Shown: positions 22,593-36,989, counted from the first letter of the whole stretch. The stretch: 62,249 nucleotides of DNA, filler included, from Choristocarpus tenellus KU-1152 (GCA_964200185.2; 11 parts of 11 records of this genome joined end to end with filler, not necessarily neighbours in it); one strand, 5' to 3'. Numbers and translations: made by a program. Notes: a model not told the origin generated them from the letters alone.

Positions 22593-23453
22593 TCAGTCTG
22601 ATTTGACTAGGAACTCATCATCAGCAGCCACTGCCGCCCTCTCGTCGTCCCCTTGCGACCACCTTCCATAGTCCCTCCTGAGGAATCTGGTGAACTGGGG
22701 CAGTCCAACGTCAAGAACCCGTTGCATCAAAAAACTTCCAGTGCGCCGTAAGACCCCATGAGGGATGAAGTTTTCGTTCGGAACCAATATGTCGATCTCG
22801 ATGCTTGCTTGTGTGCGTAATGACTTGTTCCCCTTTCCACCTGACCCCCGTCCCCTGCCAAATACCCCTCCTTTCTCCACCTCCACATCGCTGGAAGAAA
22901 CTATTGTAGTGGATGATACACTAAACGTTCCGCTCGCATTGCGTATTGACGGCGATCCCTCCAGCTCGACCTTCTCGATCATGATATTAGCCATGCCCTC
23001 TTTCTCGTTCACGATCACCTTCATGAAGAGGATGGGATTGACCTTTGTACCAAAAAAGTTTAAAGTACCACAGTTCATCTGGAAGGTATCTTCTGAGGTT
23101 CGCTTGATCATCTTAGGATCCAGCAAGGAATATTCTGTCGGTGGTAGGGCCAGGTATGCACTTAGCTTTCGAGGACCCTCCTCCACATTCACCATGCTTG
23201 ATTTGCTTGCCGTCCACTGTACATGCTTCCCATTCTCCAAGTCATACGTAAAAGGTCCATCAGCACTTCCCCGATCACCAGCATTCAAGTCCGGATCATT
23301 CGAGGCGGTTAATGGCCGCACAAGGCACCTCGAACATACATCAACAGTATGTTGTGGAAGCGGTCTCACTTGACGTGATGGCCGTGGACAAGTCATGAAG
23401 GCTGCAGTGGGATATACTAAAGGCAGTAACGCCATCAAGTTTAGAAGAAACAT
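22593..23453 (-). CDS. DUF1997-family protein, probably plastid-targeted, single exon
   Basis: LSAYLALPPTEYSLLDPKMIKR..DTFQ..NFFGTKVNP..FTRFLRRDYGRWS is typical of DUF1997. The N-terminus MFLLNLMALLPLVYPTAAF resembles a signal peptide plus ASAF motif. Confidence 0.75.
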   Translation of the reverse strand: MFLLNLMALLPLVYPTAAFMTCPRPSRQVRPLPQHTVDVCSRCLVRPLTASNDPDLNAGDRGSADGPFTYDLENGKHVQWTASKSSMVNVEEGPRKLSAYLALPPTEYSLLDPKMIKRTSEDTFQMNCGTLNFFGTKVNPILFMKVIVNEKEGMANIMIEKVELEGSPSIRNASGTFSVSSTTIVSSSDVEVEKGGVFGRGRGSGGKGNKSLRTQASIEIDILVPNENFIPHGVLRRTGSFLMQRVLDVGLPQFTRFLRRDYGRWSQGDDERAAVAADDEFLVKSD

Positions 23454-23771
23454 AGGTCCACGTCGGTAGGTTCTGGATCTCCAGCAGGTCATGAGTGTGT
23501 CGCCCTGACGACGAGACCAACGTGTCAAGTTTGTCCACCACCTCACCTCTCTATTACTCACCACTTTGTATGCACTACTCTACACTCATTCGAGTACAAC
23601 AAAAACAAAATATCATCTAACGACCAATCATATGGTCCAATTTCATATTGCCAATTTCCAATTTGTCACTGTGACACCGAAATGAAAAAATAATACTTGA
23701 AAGGTTGTTATTTGGAAGGGGAAGGAGTTTACAATCTCTGACATCCCTCTAACGTACAGCAATACTCTCTG

Positions 23772-24102
23772 TTGGATATTACTACAAGTGCGGGGGGTCT
23801 AGGCCTCTTCTCCATGAAACACCGCCAGCATGTGGCTTTTGTAGGATCACTGGTGGCTACCCTCCCCACCCTTCTAGCAAGGCAGCAAGGGCCTCATGGC
23901 GAGTCCTTCTCACAAGCCGTACGAAAAAGCCCCACCATACAGGCCTTAGGAGCGTCTATAAACACTCTTCTTTCTACAGGTGTCCCCTCAGAAGACCTGG
24001 CTGAAATTATTGGCCAAGACTGGGTAACTTGGGGGGGAACAGCACCACCTGCACCTACCCCAGAGGTCCACATCCTGGGAGCTCATGACGCCAGGATCAC
24101 AA
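23772..24102 (+). mobile_element. Non-LTR retrotransposon fragment (post-RT GGLGL region)
   Basis: AGGLGLFS..VAFVGSL motif typical of R2/CRE-type ORFs; cut by the linker. Confidence 0.45.
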
Positions 24103-24202
24103 NNNNNNNNNNNNNNNNNNNNNNNNNNNNNNNNNNNNNNNNNNNNTTAATTAATTAANNNNNNNNNNNNNNNNNNNNNNNNNNNNNNNNNNNNNNNNNN
24201 NN

Positions 24203-27200
24203 CAAGCTGTTCTTTGTCCTTCATTAAGCACCATCCAAAAGCCGCGGGTCCAGTGTGGGATAATTCAACAGGTATACCTTACTTGCTCGAGAACTTGCAT
24301 TAGTAGTTTTTGTACCCACATTTCCACATACAGGGATTAGGGGTGCTGGTTCAGATTCTTGTTCACAGAATTCTTCCAGTTGAGGATGTGACAACATATC
24401 TGGGATGTAATGTAATCTGCCAGGCTTATGAAGGATGGTAAAAACAAAACTTTGCAAAGCTAAGGCCCATCGAGTTAACAGATTGGACGTATCTTGAATC
24501 ATATGCAGCAACCGTAAGGCTGAATGATCAGAAATGACTGCGAAATGTTTACCTCGAATATATGGTCTCCAGTCTTGAATTGCCAGAATAACTGCAAGGC
24601 ACTCTTTTTGTATGGCAGAATATTTCTGTTGGGAAGAGGAAAGTAAGGCACTATGGTTTGAAATAATACCAAAATTGCCATCATTTTATGGGTCAAAAAC
24701 GCCCCTGTCCCAACTTCAGCGGCATCTACATGAATAAAAAAATCCTTGGAAAAATCAGGAGATTGTAGCACTGGAGCCATAGTTAAAAGTCGTTTTCACT
24801 CGTCAAAAGTAGTTTGCTGTGGTCGATTCCATATAGATAAGATATCATTGCAGTCTTTTCTTGATCTATTTTTGAACTTCCCCTTTGTGTATGGTGAATC
24901 AATTGAACTAACGGTTCTGTTGCTGTTGCTAGATGAGGAATATATTTCGTAACAAAGTTCATAGAACCTAAGAAAGATTGTGAGCCTTTCACTGTTTTAG
25001 GGGGATTCGCATCTAAAACAGCTTCAATACGAGCTTGAGATACAGCGATTCCTTGGGTTATGTATGTAAAATTGACAGTACTGCAGTGATTAACTGTTTA
25101 TGGCGCGCTTGAGATGGAGAGGCCAAACAATACCGTCTTAAGTATACCAACAATCCAGGGCTGTGTATGACCGATTGTAGAACAAGTTTTCAGACGTAAG
25201 CATTGGAAGATCTACAGTGCGTTTTGGACTCCAGATGGTAACCTCTGAAACTGTTATTCCCGTCCGGTGTGATGAAGGCGTTTTTTCGTCGTTCGCTTTC
25301 ATCAGTTATCGGTAGTTGCCAATAGGCTGATTGGATATCTAAACAAGATAAATATTTTGAACCTCCCAAAGTGGATAAGCACTCATCCATGAGTGGTAAA
25401 GGACATGAATTACGTGTCAGATATTTAGTTATGGTTCCACTAAGATCCACACAGAATCGAGGAGATCCAACAGGCTTTGCAACAGTGGAAACAGGGGATG
25501 CCCATGGACTAGATGAGGGTTTTATAATGCCCTGTTTTTCCATATCATCTACACATTGACAAATAGTGTTGCGTATTTGGTGCCACACGATACGGTGGTC
25601 TACTAACCGGTTTTGAACCCGGTTGTAGTGGAAACTCAACAGAAGTAGTGGTGCAACAACCTAATTATTTTTCAGTTAATGCAAAGACTGGTCTGAAGTT
25701 AGCCTCAATATCTAGTAATTACTCTTGTTCAGAAAGTGTCAGTTGTATATTTGCAAAAGTCTTCTTAGAAAAAGCCTTCAATCCATCCCTAGCTTACTTC
25801 AGTTCTTCAGGAGTAGAGGTGTGACTGCAACTGCACTTACGGTGGCCTCTGAAAGGGAATATGTGGTTGATACGGGGGATGACCAACTACAAAATTGCTG
25901 GTAACTTGACCCCTTGTTGAGAAAGATCGGGAATTTCGACTAAACATCCTCCATCTTCGACCCAACCAGTGAGGGTTCAACCATAATGTGTTGCCAGTGG
26001 GAACTTATGTCGTCCTCTTGCTGAAGGTCTGTGCCAGTGTTAATGATAGGTTCCACCACTGCATCGGTATCTGTTCCTCTGAGTGCCTGAGAACAAGCTG
26101 GGTCAGGCATTTCCGTGCCAGGGGCAAGGTTTATCTTTTTTACTATATGCACTGGTGTAGTGAAAACTCATTTGTGATCACTGAAATTGAAATAAGGTGA
26201 TGGATTTTTAGTCTGACAAACATCTTGAGGGGGAACAGATAGATGGGAAGGGGTATAATTTTGTGAGTTGCTGGAATGCATTTATCACTGTCCTTGAACG
26301 ATATTTCCTCTATCCCAATCTAGCACTGCCTGAAATGCCGACATGATGCTGTTTTCCAATAAAATTTTATCTACTCCCAAATTAGGTGTGACCACTGCTT
26401 GGACCAGCACTGATATGTCACCAAGTCCTAGTGTAAATTGAATGAAACCATGAACAGATGAAAGGTCTACCACTTGCTCCTTTAAAATTCAGAGCGCCTG
26501 CTGGAATCTCTTGAATGTGTGCCTTCAAAGAGTTAGGTGGGCTTCAATGTATCTGAGTGATATTACTGGAATTTCAGTAGCAGTATCAACAGTAATGTTC
26601 ATTAAAAGTTCATTATCTACATACCCAGGAATTCGTACACGGTGAGATTGAACATTCAGCACAGGGGAGTTCGATTAATGTTGGATGACAGATGTGACAG
26701 CAGTTTGAAAAAGTAAAACACTTGAGGTGGAAAAGAAACTTCACCCACGCCCAAAAAAGGTTGTGAGGAGCAAGAAAGAGCAGATTCAACAGTTGTTACA
26801 TGTCCTGCTTGTGGCTCAGGGTTTACGGTTTCTTCAGTGCTTTCCAACCTAGTAACAAAACCTTAGATATTGTACCATATTTATGTCTTATCCTTACTTT
26901 TTCTGGGGAAACAGAATCAGCAGGGAATCTCCAAATACTCTCATTTCTCAGTATCTCTCCTCCTGTGGTTCTATGTTATCCTGCAGGGGTTCATGGGAGG
27001 AATAATAGAGATACCTGACAGGGCAGCACATGCTTTAATAAAAGTCGACCAAGCGAACGCTATTTGTTGTGGTGTTTGTAGAAACGCATGAGGGAAAGGT
27101 CTAACCCATTTTTGAAATCTGGTAACAGGGGAATAGGACAAATCATGTGCTCCAGAACTCATGGGGTAAGTCTTTGTGAGAAAGATGTATCATGATCAAG

Positions 27201-28108
27201 GGATCAAGTACCTAGACCCAGGGAATGTGGTCGAGGTAGGGTGGGACAATATACTCATCTTACCTTGCTGGTTTATCCTTGACAGGGTCGTAACAGTGAG
27301 TGAGGTTGACCTCCACACTCTCAAAGTCTAAAACTGTGTTAGACATAAGCGACACTCGGAGTTGAATGAAGGAACTTGTCGAAGATATCAAAACCTCCGG
27401 TCCTCCTTGTACTCGTCATCTTCGGCTGGCGCTTGATAGAGGGTCTGGTCTGGGTTAAGTTGAAGCCGTCTCCCAGGCATAGGACACAGCCATCTTGTTC
27501 AAGTGAGCCGCCAAGGATGTATTAGCGCTTTCACTGGGCTTAGGATCTCCATGATTCGGGATATTGGATTATCCTTTCTCTCCCCCTACGCTTCCCTGAT
27601 GGTGCTTTATTTCTCGAAGTTGTCTCGGATTTCTGACCAGGGTCAACAACCTTTTGAGTTGGTTGCACTTCTTTTTTGTCCGCCGTTGTGGCATAGCCCT
27701 ACATCTCTGGCGACCCCCCAACACAGATCGGCGTGCGTACCAATGTAATGAGGCCTGGTTCTGTGTGATGGGGGATGATGAGAACCACTAAAGATGAGGT
27801 TCAGAAAGGAAGCAAGTGAAAGATGAGACTGACACATATTTGATGTACAATGATAACCTCAGAATACGATGTGGATCAATCTTCAATGTGATTGGCTGTA
27901 ACGAGTCAGAACAGAAAACACAATCTGGGTTTCCTGGTTTGAATGCACCGTTCATGTCGGGGAAACTGCGTGCCACTCGTGTGTCTGGCCCAAATCACAT
28001 CTCTTGCCCTGACCTCAATCGCAAACGGTAACGCGCACAAATTTATATTGCCCCGCCCATTATCCGCAACAATATTAAAGATTCCAAAAAGGTGACCTCT
28101 CCGTGACA
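24203..28108 (-). mobile_element. Degenerate Gypsy/Ty3 LTR retrotransposon (5' LTR 27744-28108, PBS, gag, protease, RT, RNase H)
   Basis: LTR TGTCACGG...TTACA followed by a PBS-like TGGTACGCACGCCG. Protease-like VDTA near 26590, RT SSSPWASPV..PRFCVD..LDIQSAYWQ, RNase H FFIHVDAAEVGTGA and LTRWALALQ. The PR-RT-RH order fits Gypsy. Many stops and frameshifts. Confidence 0.88.
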
Positions 28109-31040
28109 TCTCTAATATAAAAGATCTAGCCAAACAACCAGATTTTCTCACTCTTCTTCAAATATTTTACACTTTTTTTCTTTGGAAAAACTACTAATAT
28201 GGAGAGGGAAGAATGTGTGAATGGAATGAACGGTAGGTTTGAGGGGTTTTGTGTGGGTGTAAATTCCACAAATTCATTTTAGTAGGTTGTAAAAGTGCGC
28301 TGGTTATGTAAATATGGATTGCACAATGTCTATTATTTGAATGGGTGGCGCTCATGAGCTCTCAAGAGGTTTGGAGAGTTAATCTTTAACATAATAACCA
28401 CTTCTTTATATGGATCAATACTTCTACACCCTATTATCTATCTGTCATAATTCTCATGTATCGTAGTCATTCTATACCTGAAACTATCTAGAGTTGTGAG
28501 TCAGAAACAAATGGCATTATTTGTTGCATGTACCACACCAACCGAAAAATGTACAAGTAGGGTGAGTACCAACTGATTATTGTGCAAGTTGCATTCAACC
28601 TCACTATAGTTCAATGTTGACATCATGAGAGATGAGGGTCGGACAAACACGCTTGACAATGCACTTGACTATAACCAAAGCCGACAAGAGCAAAGAAGAA
28701 AATGGTGGAGAAGAAGGTGGCGTGGGGAATGACAAGGAAGTTGATGTCATGAAGTTGAGCCATTAGTTGTGAAAATTCTCCTCAACACCAAGGAAGATCA
28801 TGACCAGTTTGGAACCTTCTTTCATAATAGACGTCGGCAGGCATTTTAAGCTGAACCCTAAATTCTTGCTGACAAAAAACGATGTCGAGGGGGAAGAGAT
28901 CTCATCTGATGATGAGAGAGCAACCAGCAGTTCGCCACAACGAAGTGGCTCAACAAGAAGGTACCCAAGATATCACACAGAAGAGGGGGAAGTGCCCACA
29001 AGAGGGAACGGTTGGAGATCACCCTTAAGGATTAACTGCTATAGCAGGTGGAAGTATATCAGGGGATACAAAGATGGTAGAGGCCCTTGGCGCTGTCCCC
29101 TCAAATGTCGAGGGGTCAAGTCCTTCAGAAGAGGTTTTTGGAGAGTTGATTAAGTTGTGACACAGACATAATTCCTGGATCAAGACATTGGACACTTTTC
29201 AATTTCTAAAAATATTATATTTCTCAAATACTCCCACAACGGTTGGCATAGATATCAAAAACTAATAGTTTTTCCACCTTTTTGATGTGTAATGAAAAAA
29301 AAACAATATTTGGATTTGAAACGTACGACGAAATGTCGTATAATATCAATAGTAATAATAATCATGTAGGTCCCCTACCCCCCACTCCTTTTATATTTAG
29401 TGGCACCCACATATACAGCGACAAAATACACACTTGTGGTACCAGAAGGATTACCTCCTGTAATACCTGAGGTATCATACTTCCTCTATTTAGGTAGTCG
29501 AATATTTGCATATATGTAATTTTGCATAGTTGGGGATTTGCGAAGAGAGATCGGTCATGGTACAAAAAAATAATAAAAATTTGATACCTTCCAACCAACA
29601 TGTTATTGCTGATGGTGAGAGATCAGAAGATGACACTTCAGAGGAGAGAAGGTACATATAGAGTCCGTTTTGTTTACAGGTCACAGTGCAAGAAAAAAAC
29701 AAGAAATACAGCATTTCTATACAATATACATATATAATTGGTGCAGCAACAATGACAGCATTGAAAGAAATGAGAAATAGCAAGAAACGACAAGAAAAAT
29801 AAATACCAACTGTTGTACTCTTTGTATTCTTCATTGCGCACAATGTATACCAACCTAGAAAAATGCCCTACTTGTGACTGGAGTCCTATTCCGTCAGGTG
29901 TCACATTGTTGGCATCCTCCCATACATCCACCTCGAGCCACATGCTACGCAGGAAGATGAGAAGCTGGTCATTTTACGGGTCCAATCTATTTCTCCTTGC
30001 TATAGCAATATTCCCACATGATGAAAACATAAGCTCCGAGTGTATTTGCGAGGTAGGAATGGAACTAAAACACGGCTGGCAACTTTAGTTTTAGCATAGA
30101 AGGATGGGGCCCTCTCTCCATATACCAATTTGAAGAATTATTGAAGCTGCTTCTCTCATAACCCACTTGAAGGCACGTCGCCGCATTTTGAAGAAGTCAA
30201 CTTCCACTTGTGATGACTGTTCCGTGTGGTCTCTAATATATATACTCGTATATGCAAAATAATAGACTTTTGTGCTTGCTATTATGCTATCACCTACAAT
30301 CCTGTTAAAGAAACTGGTGTTCCCAAGACTTGTGTGTGTAAATAACTCGATTATTTCCTCATTATGTAGAACAGNNNNNNNNNNNNNNNNNNNNNNNNNN
30401 NNNNNNNNNNNNNNNNNNTTAATTAATTAANNNNNNNNNNNNNNNNNNNNNNNNNNNNNNNNNNNNNNNNNNNNCCCTACCAGCAACGTACTGTACTGCT
30501 GTGTGGTCATGACTCAGGAAGAAAGGCACTCTTCGCCAGAAATGTTTACGCGCGCGCCAAACTCGCGTGAATATATCTGGGAGTTTGTACCAAGTCGCCC
30601 GAATACGAGAATTCCTGTACAAAAGCCTATTTTTTGAGCATGTCAAAAGCGGTACAAAATTGCATATTTTCAATTTGGTTCATAATAGGTGGCACAAACT
30701 CGGGGGTAGGTACTGTAATTCATATCCCGTTTTCTCTTTTATCGACCTCTCTTATATAGGTACACTGGCTGTCTATACCATACAGTAAACTACTCATCGC
30801 AAGGAAAGTAAGAACTAAAACTTGGTTTTCAAAGTCTACTTTAATTTGAGTTGAGGTAGTAAAGGAAGAAAACAATCTCTGCACCTGTTGCACCTGCTGC
30901 GTCAGATCCTAAGACATTTCGTAACCATAACGGTGAGACTGCGAAGTCACTCGTATTAGTTCCAGGTTCAATAGTTGAATTACCTAAGCTCAGAAATAAC
31001 TAGTCACCTTTGTTGTCCTGATCCATTATGACGTTAACAG

Positions 31041-33069
31041 ATGTACATTTGGAGATGGTGGTGGTTAGCGACAATGCTTTTTTGCTGCTTTCAAGCGTGG
31101 TCCATTGGGAAAGCTTACACCTTCGCTGCCCCATCCTTGCGCACGGCAAAGGCCAGGTGTGTGCTTTCATGTTTGAGATGAGTTTTAGCATCAATGCATT
31201 GCAATGCAAGAGAGAAGCCGCTGACAAAAGCTGTGAGTCGTCACCTCTTTGAATCGCCTGGTGTGGACTGACCAATATATATATATATATATACACACAC
31301 ACGTCCCTCATTGGTATAAGACCTTCCACCTTATCGAGGTATCACATGACTTACGCTGTTGTAACCCAAACCTCGTACCTCTATGAACAATATACATCAT
31401 CGTGAGTTAACAAGTTTTTTTTCGCTTTTCCTGAAGAAGGGTGGTTGGTTGGCCCATCTACCTGATCTTCCTCAGCCTAAGGCAATTGTCCCACCTCTTT
31501 GTGCTGTTCGGTCAGTATACGTGTCAAATAGGCTCGCTTGGAGGAAAAGTGGATACCTTTTAGAGCCTGAAGAACACATGTTGGCAGGTAGCCTTACAGC
31601 TTTTGTTCGCAACAAACCCTCTACCCCTTGAATTGAAGCCCGTGAATCCTTTTCTTGCTACTCTCGGAAATAATACGAGTCTCCAACCTTCAATCTCCCA
31701 ATATCCACTGGTGCTCGGCTTTCATGGTGCACCTCCAGGCTGCCAACTCATCGCGTGTTGAAACTCCGATCCCAAGCTTTCCCGACAGCTCATGGTGCTG
31801 ATGGCGACCTAGGTGTTCAACCCGCTTCCTGGAGTGACCTACAGGCGATCTCACGAATCCTCGTATCAGTGTTTCGCAAGCGGAGCCTGTGGTTCCCTGT
31901 TCAGTGTCTGATGAAGCTAGACAACCTTCAGCAGAGGTTTCACACCTTGAAGATGAATGACCCACGGCATGAGATGTTGGTGGCGGTAAGGGGCGGTTCT
32001 ATCTTGGGCTTCGCCGACATAGACGGAAGTGACGGTGAACAGTCTGGACGTCGACCTGGAGGTACGGATCTCAAGTTTTTTTTCTTACGTGGCAGATCCT
32101 CTCCTATCCCCTAGGTATTTCCATTATTTCGTGTGTACATTAGACATTGAACTGTTGAGAGTAGTCTTGAGTACCGGTTACCATTACAATTTGAGATGTT
32201 GGGAGTTGGGGTATCTCATTTTTATTTCTTTGTACTGTAATGATGGTCAGTGTTAGGGTAGACATTTCATGATCAAGTCTTGCAGATGATATTTGAAGGG
32301 TCAAGGAGGCGAATGGATTTACCGAGCTTCACTGCTTGCAGATAAGAGATTGGAATGGATGCTTCAATGTCCAGATGGTTTGAGTTGGCCCTTCCGTACT
32401 TGGCAAAATTTTAAGGCATAACTGAGGACATATCTGGACAGCTACAAGTGAGAGTTTTTAATGGGGAATGAATGTGCTATGAGCAGCAGCAATAAACAGA
32501 GAGGGCAACCATATTCTGCTTGGATGCGAGGGAAGAAAGGAGGGATAACTTGGTAGCTCTTGGAGTGCGATTGGAGGAAGTACTCTAGCATTTGCCCTTC
32601 GGTGTGATTCAGGAGAGTGTTCCAACCTCAAAGTTACAGTGCCAATTTTGGTAGAGTACCCATGAACCACAGACTGTAACCTACCCAAATCAGAAAGATC
32701 AATGTTTCAAAGGAAAGTGCTATTCTCAAGAAGAACTTGTTGGCAGTCCTTTGGACCTGACACACCTTGCAACCTCCCCCGTCCTCAGATCCTCCACGTC
32801 CTTTTTTATCGGACCTAGCAGTTTCAACAGAGCAACGGAGGCAGGGGGTTGGGACTGCCATTGTTCGAGCGTGTGAGGACTTATGCGTGCAGTGGGGATT
32901 TGACCGGGTTTATCTCAAGGCAGATGCAACAGATATCCCTGCCATGCGCTTTTATGAATCATTGAATTTCACTGTACACACCCCTCCTGACAGGAACAGC
33001 GAGGTGGTGATGTGTTCGCTTCTACTGGAGGAGAGAGATGAAACCGAGACAGATGTCAAGAATCGATAA
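31041..33069 (+). CDS. GNAT-family N-acetyltransferase, probably plastid-targeted. Exons 31041-31156, 31739-32061, 32789-33069 (239 aa)
   Basis: Phase-consistent GT-AG introns. Motif A LSDLAVSTEQRRQGVGTAIV and motif B AMRFYESLNF. Hydrophobic N-terminus followed by AYTFAAP. Confidence 0.8.
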
Positions 33070-36034
33070 CCTAACACACGATGAAACAACCCTACGGTCG
33101 ACAGATATTCCTGATGCGAAGCCAGCCCCCATTCAGATGCCGAAAGAAGTCAATAACATTCCCGTGTCTCACTGCCTGCTTCTGATCGTCAAGCAGCAGG
33201 AGGGTGTTCATATAGGCGGCAGCGATGTTGGGGACCAATGGGAGGGATGTTCAGCGACCTGCACTGCGTCAGTCTGGAAAGACGCTCTTTTTTCAAGTCG
33301 GAGGTCCGGAAATCGTTTTTCTAGTTTTATAAAGTATTGTACAGGCGTTTGGTGAGTGTGTTGTGCCATGAGCCCTTGGGGTTGGGTCCAGAAATATCCC
33401 TACAATGATGTGGGTGCGATGTCATACATGAAGCATCATATTTAAGGTGGAAATGTGCTACACTTGGGAATGTGCTCTGCCCACCATGAAGAGAAGATGG
33501 AGGTAACCATCGTCATGTATGGAATACGTGGTTTACATAGGACCAGTTGACAGAATATTCCGTGTACAGATATGATTTTACATGCTTTTTACAACTTATC
33601 GTACACTATTTTATTTTACAACCTATTCCGCTGTAGTCCGGAGTCATATTACTCCACCTTGACTGAAGCAAACATCAAAGGAGTTCAATCTAGTAGCTTG
33701 CTTTGAATTTTGTTGAGAGCATTGGTTGTTTTGTTACACATTCCTATTTATTATTTTTTTGATAGATGCTACGTGATGTGTATGAAATGTTTTGTCATAG
33801 TTTGTGCCATGTTTGGTGTTTGAGGTATGTATCAACTCAATCTTGCTCCACTCCACCCACATATAATGCCTCTCCATTATTGCTTTATTACTCATCAGTG
33901 AATTATCAGTTACTGAGTGCACTACACTGTCTTCAAACCTGGATCTTGTAGTAGACATGTGGAAACATACTTTGGTATACAAGATCCTGTTATGATGCTA
34001 ATAGTACCATCGACTTGAGCAATGAGCAACTCTTTCCCCCCCAATATATAAGAAAACTATTCCTGTATCTTGAATCTTGGATTCTTTTCCCTCCTTAGAC
34101 TTGGATCAAGTAGAGGACCGAGCTGGCCACTAGGCGTAGTAGTTCCTTCTGTAAATATACATATATAGGAGTAAATACATACATGCTCCCCATAGCTGAA
34201 ACTGTGACCAGGTGATGGCATTTCAGTGTTGATCGGTGGGTTTCGGACATTGTCTTCTCCTCCACTACAAGAATAGGTTCTATCAAGCTTCCTGGCTACC
34301 TGTCTGTTCACACTTTCTATTCAGGTTGGCAGGAAAGTTATAAAAATATGACGTTTGGGGTTACATGTTTCGATGATAATGATGTGTACGTATATTGTAC
34401 TCCAGAGGATTTATCTTATGCTTCCAGCCTGAGAAGTGGAGCAAGAAAAATGAGAGCCTGGATGTACAAATTTCCTTGGTAATATGAGGTTGATTGTTGT
34501 GATGTGGAAGGCCGACTCAATGAATCTCTGACAAGTGTGTAGAGTAATCCTTCCTCTCTCTGTGCCATTTCCAATGAAGGTCAATGCACCCTTTGACATT
34601 TACTTGGCTGATGACAACAGCAAATACTAAAATTTGTTAACAACATAGGATTCCAAGCATAAACATGAGTGCAGCACTTGTAAATACGGAGAAAGGGGAT
34701 AAATAGAATAAGGTAACAAAAACTATTTTAATAAGGTTTCTAGTAATGATGAAAATCATGAAAGTTATTGAGCGGAGAACATTGGTTGTAAAATTAGCCA
34801 ATATAAATGAACGACGTGACATTTGTACTTTCAGTTTACGTCATTCCAAGAGATTGGTTAGAAAATGGTAATATCCAAACATCAGTGCTGAATTGCAAGA
34901 GCAATATCTTGTAACATGGGATTTGGTTGTAGACCCTCAGAACGTACGAAAGAAAAGGATTCGAATGGATTAGAGGCAAAGATAATAAGGCCGTGAAATA
35001 TATAATTTGAACAGAAGCTAAAATAATGATACCAAATAGTCTCTGACTTCCTAAAAACAGTATAAAAAGATAGATTACTCGTCAGAGAAGTTTTGTTAAT
35101 AAAGTAGTATATATACATCAAAATTAAATGGTGTGTTGAGCACATTTCTGTGGAATGTGGGATGATGCTCAACGGGCTACCCAAGTCGTGGCCGTGTCTT
35201 CTTGAAAGGGTGTTATAACAAAGGCGTCTTGATATTGTTCATTATGATGCCTGAAGTAGGTGAATGCATGATATTGTTGTGTTCAGGTTTTGTTAATTGA
35301 GATGTCAATGAATATGCAATTGGATTGTGTCGTGACACACTAAAAGTAGATAGAAGTGAAGAGAAACAACAAGAAACACCTACCTGGATAAAGGAAGCCA
35401 TAAGACGGAGTAATACGTGGTGGGAGAAATGGAAGAGAGTCAGCACACGCACATGTGAAGATGAATAAAGACGTAAGTGGGAGGTTCGTTAATTGAGAGC
35501 GTGCAGGATGTGTTTACTGGTTATGCCAAATATTTCTATTTAGTGCCAGAAACAACTACATCAGATTATTTGGTGTGGGAGGGGGTAGTGCGGATTAAAA
35601 TATTTGGAGATGGCGCTCAGAGAGTGCTGCCTTGACCTTCGGCACAGGGGGNNNNNNNNNNNNNNNNNNNNNNNNNNNNNNNNNNNNNNNNNNNNTTAAT
35701 TAATTAANNNNNNNNNNNNNNNNNNNNNNNNNNNNNNNNNNNNNNNNNNNNGTAAAAAACGGACGCCGACACCCCCCTCCCAGATGCTTTGACCCAGATG
35801 ATGGTGGGAAAGGTTTAGTGAGGTCGGGTAGAATATTTGTGAAGAGAGACAGTGACAGTCAGACGAGGATTGGAATAGTGCTGAACAACAGAAGTAACAC
35901 AGAGACGTAGTGCAGGAGTTAGTACAATGACACTAAGTAGTAGTGGAAGGCCAGTTATTATGAGAAGTACCCCATCTAAATCTTTCTAATTTGAACACTA
36001 ACTCAAAAAAGTGAAATATATGCAATACATTATA

Positions 36035-36375
36035 TATCACGGACAAGTCGCCTTTTTGGGATATCCCGACACTGATGAGGATAATTACAGGGAGCCATAT
36101 ACATTTGCGCGCGTCACCTATTCCCATTGGGACAAGGCCAAGGAATGTGGTGAGGGTCAGATGCATGATCGCCTCGCAGTAACCCCAACATGAACGGTGG
36201 ATTCAAAACAGCAAAGCCCGAGATTGTGTTTTCTGTTCTGACTGGTCACAACCAATCACAGTGAAGATTGATCCACAAGGCACTCTGAGGCTGTCAACAT
36301 ATACCCAGCATGCCTCAGTTTCATCTCTCACTTCCTTTCTGAACCTCATCTCTGATGGTTTTCATTACCTACACA
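36035..36375 (+). mobile_element. Solo or truncated LTR related to the Gypsy LTR at 27744-28108
   Basis: Shares blocks TCACGGA..CCTTTTTGG, CATGAACGGTG.ATTCAAA, GATTGTGTTTTCTGTTCTGACT and GAAGATTGATCCACA. Confidence 0.75.
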
Positions 36376-36989
36376 ATATTGTTGTGTTGATTATATATTG
36401 AGCAGTAGAAAGTGGTGAGTGTCAAACCTAATAATCAGAGTCAACACATCAGGAATAATAGATGAACACATCAGTAGTACAAAAAATATATTTTAATACT
36501 GGAACCAACTGTCCTAAAATAGTAGTTTAGTGTATAGTGCATCTCACCACAAATAAGATATAGTGGATCATAGATCATTCTTAAAATATTTTAAATACAA
36601 AAATATTAAACCAACCCAACTCGATTTTTCTAATCCAAACCCTAACCGATTTTTTCAAAATACCAATACAAGGAATATCACAATATTGTATTTTAGATTT
36701 ATTATTATGCCCTCTGATATTTTTTAGATGTGTCAGGGAGGAAACAAATGAAAACTATACATATGTCAGTATTAGCCCTAAAGAAATAAAATATAAAAAA
36801 TGTGAAAAATACTATAAAACACTGTAAATAACAGCCAATTTCAAAAATTGAGGATGGAGCTTTTCATTGAGGATGGGCTTGACCCAAAATCGGCTGTTAA
36901 ATGTGAAAAACACTAATTTGTTACTTCACCACTATCAATATTGTACTACTGCCTTCCTGTACTTCCAATCTACCTGCTCCTGCCCTCCG

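Noticed and set aside
22765-23373. 202-aa plus-strand ORF
   Set aside because: Antisense shadow of the DUF1997 gene.
28620-30230. Short ORFs at 28800-29153 and ~29860-30230
   Set aside because: No recognisable domain or consistent exon chain.
31383-31631. Extra exon of the GNAT gene
   Set aside because: Its open frame ends in phase 1, while the next exon needs phase 2. Exon 31041-31156 joins 31739 directly.
33400-35600. Degenerate coding-like AT-rich sequence (viral or TE remnant)
   Set aside because: Stops in all frames and no identifiable motif.
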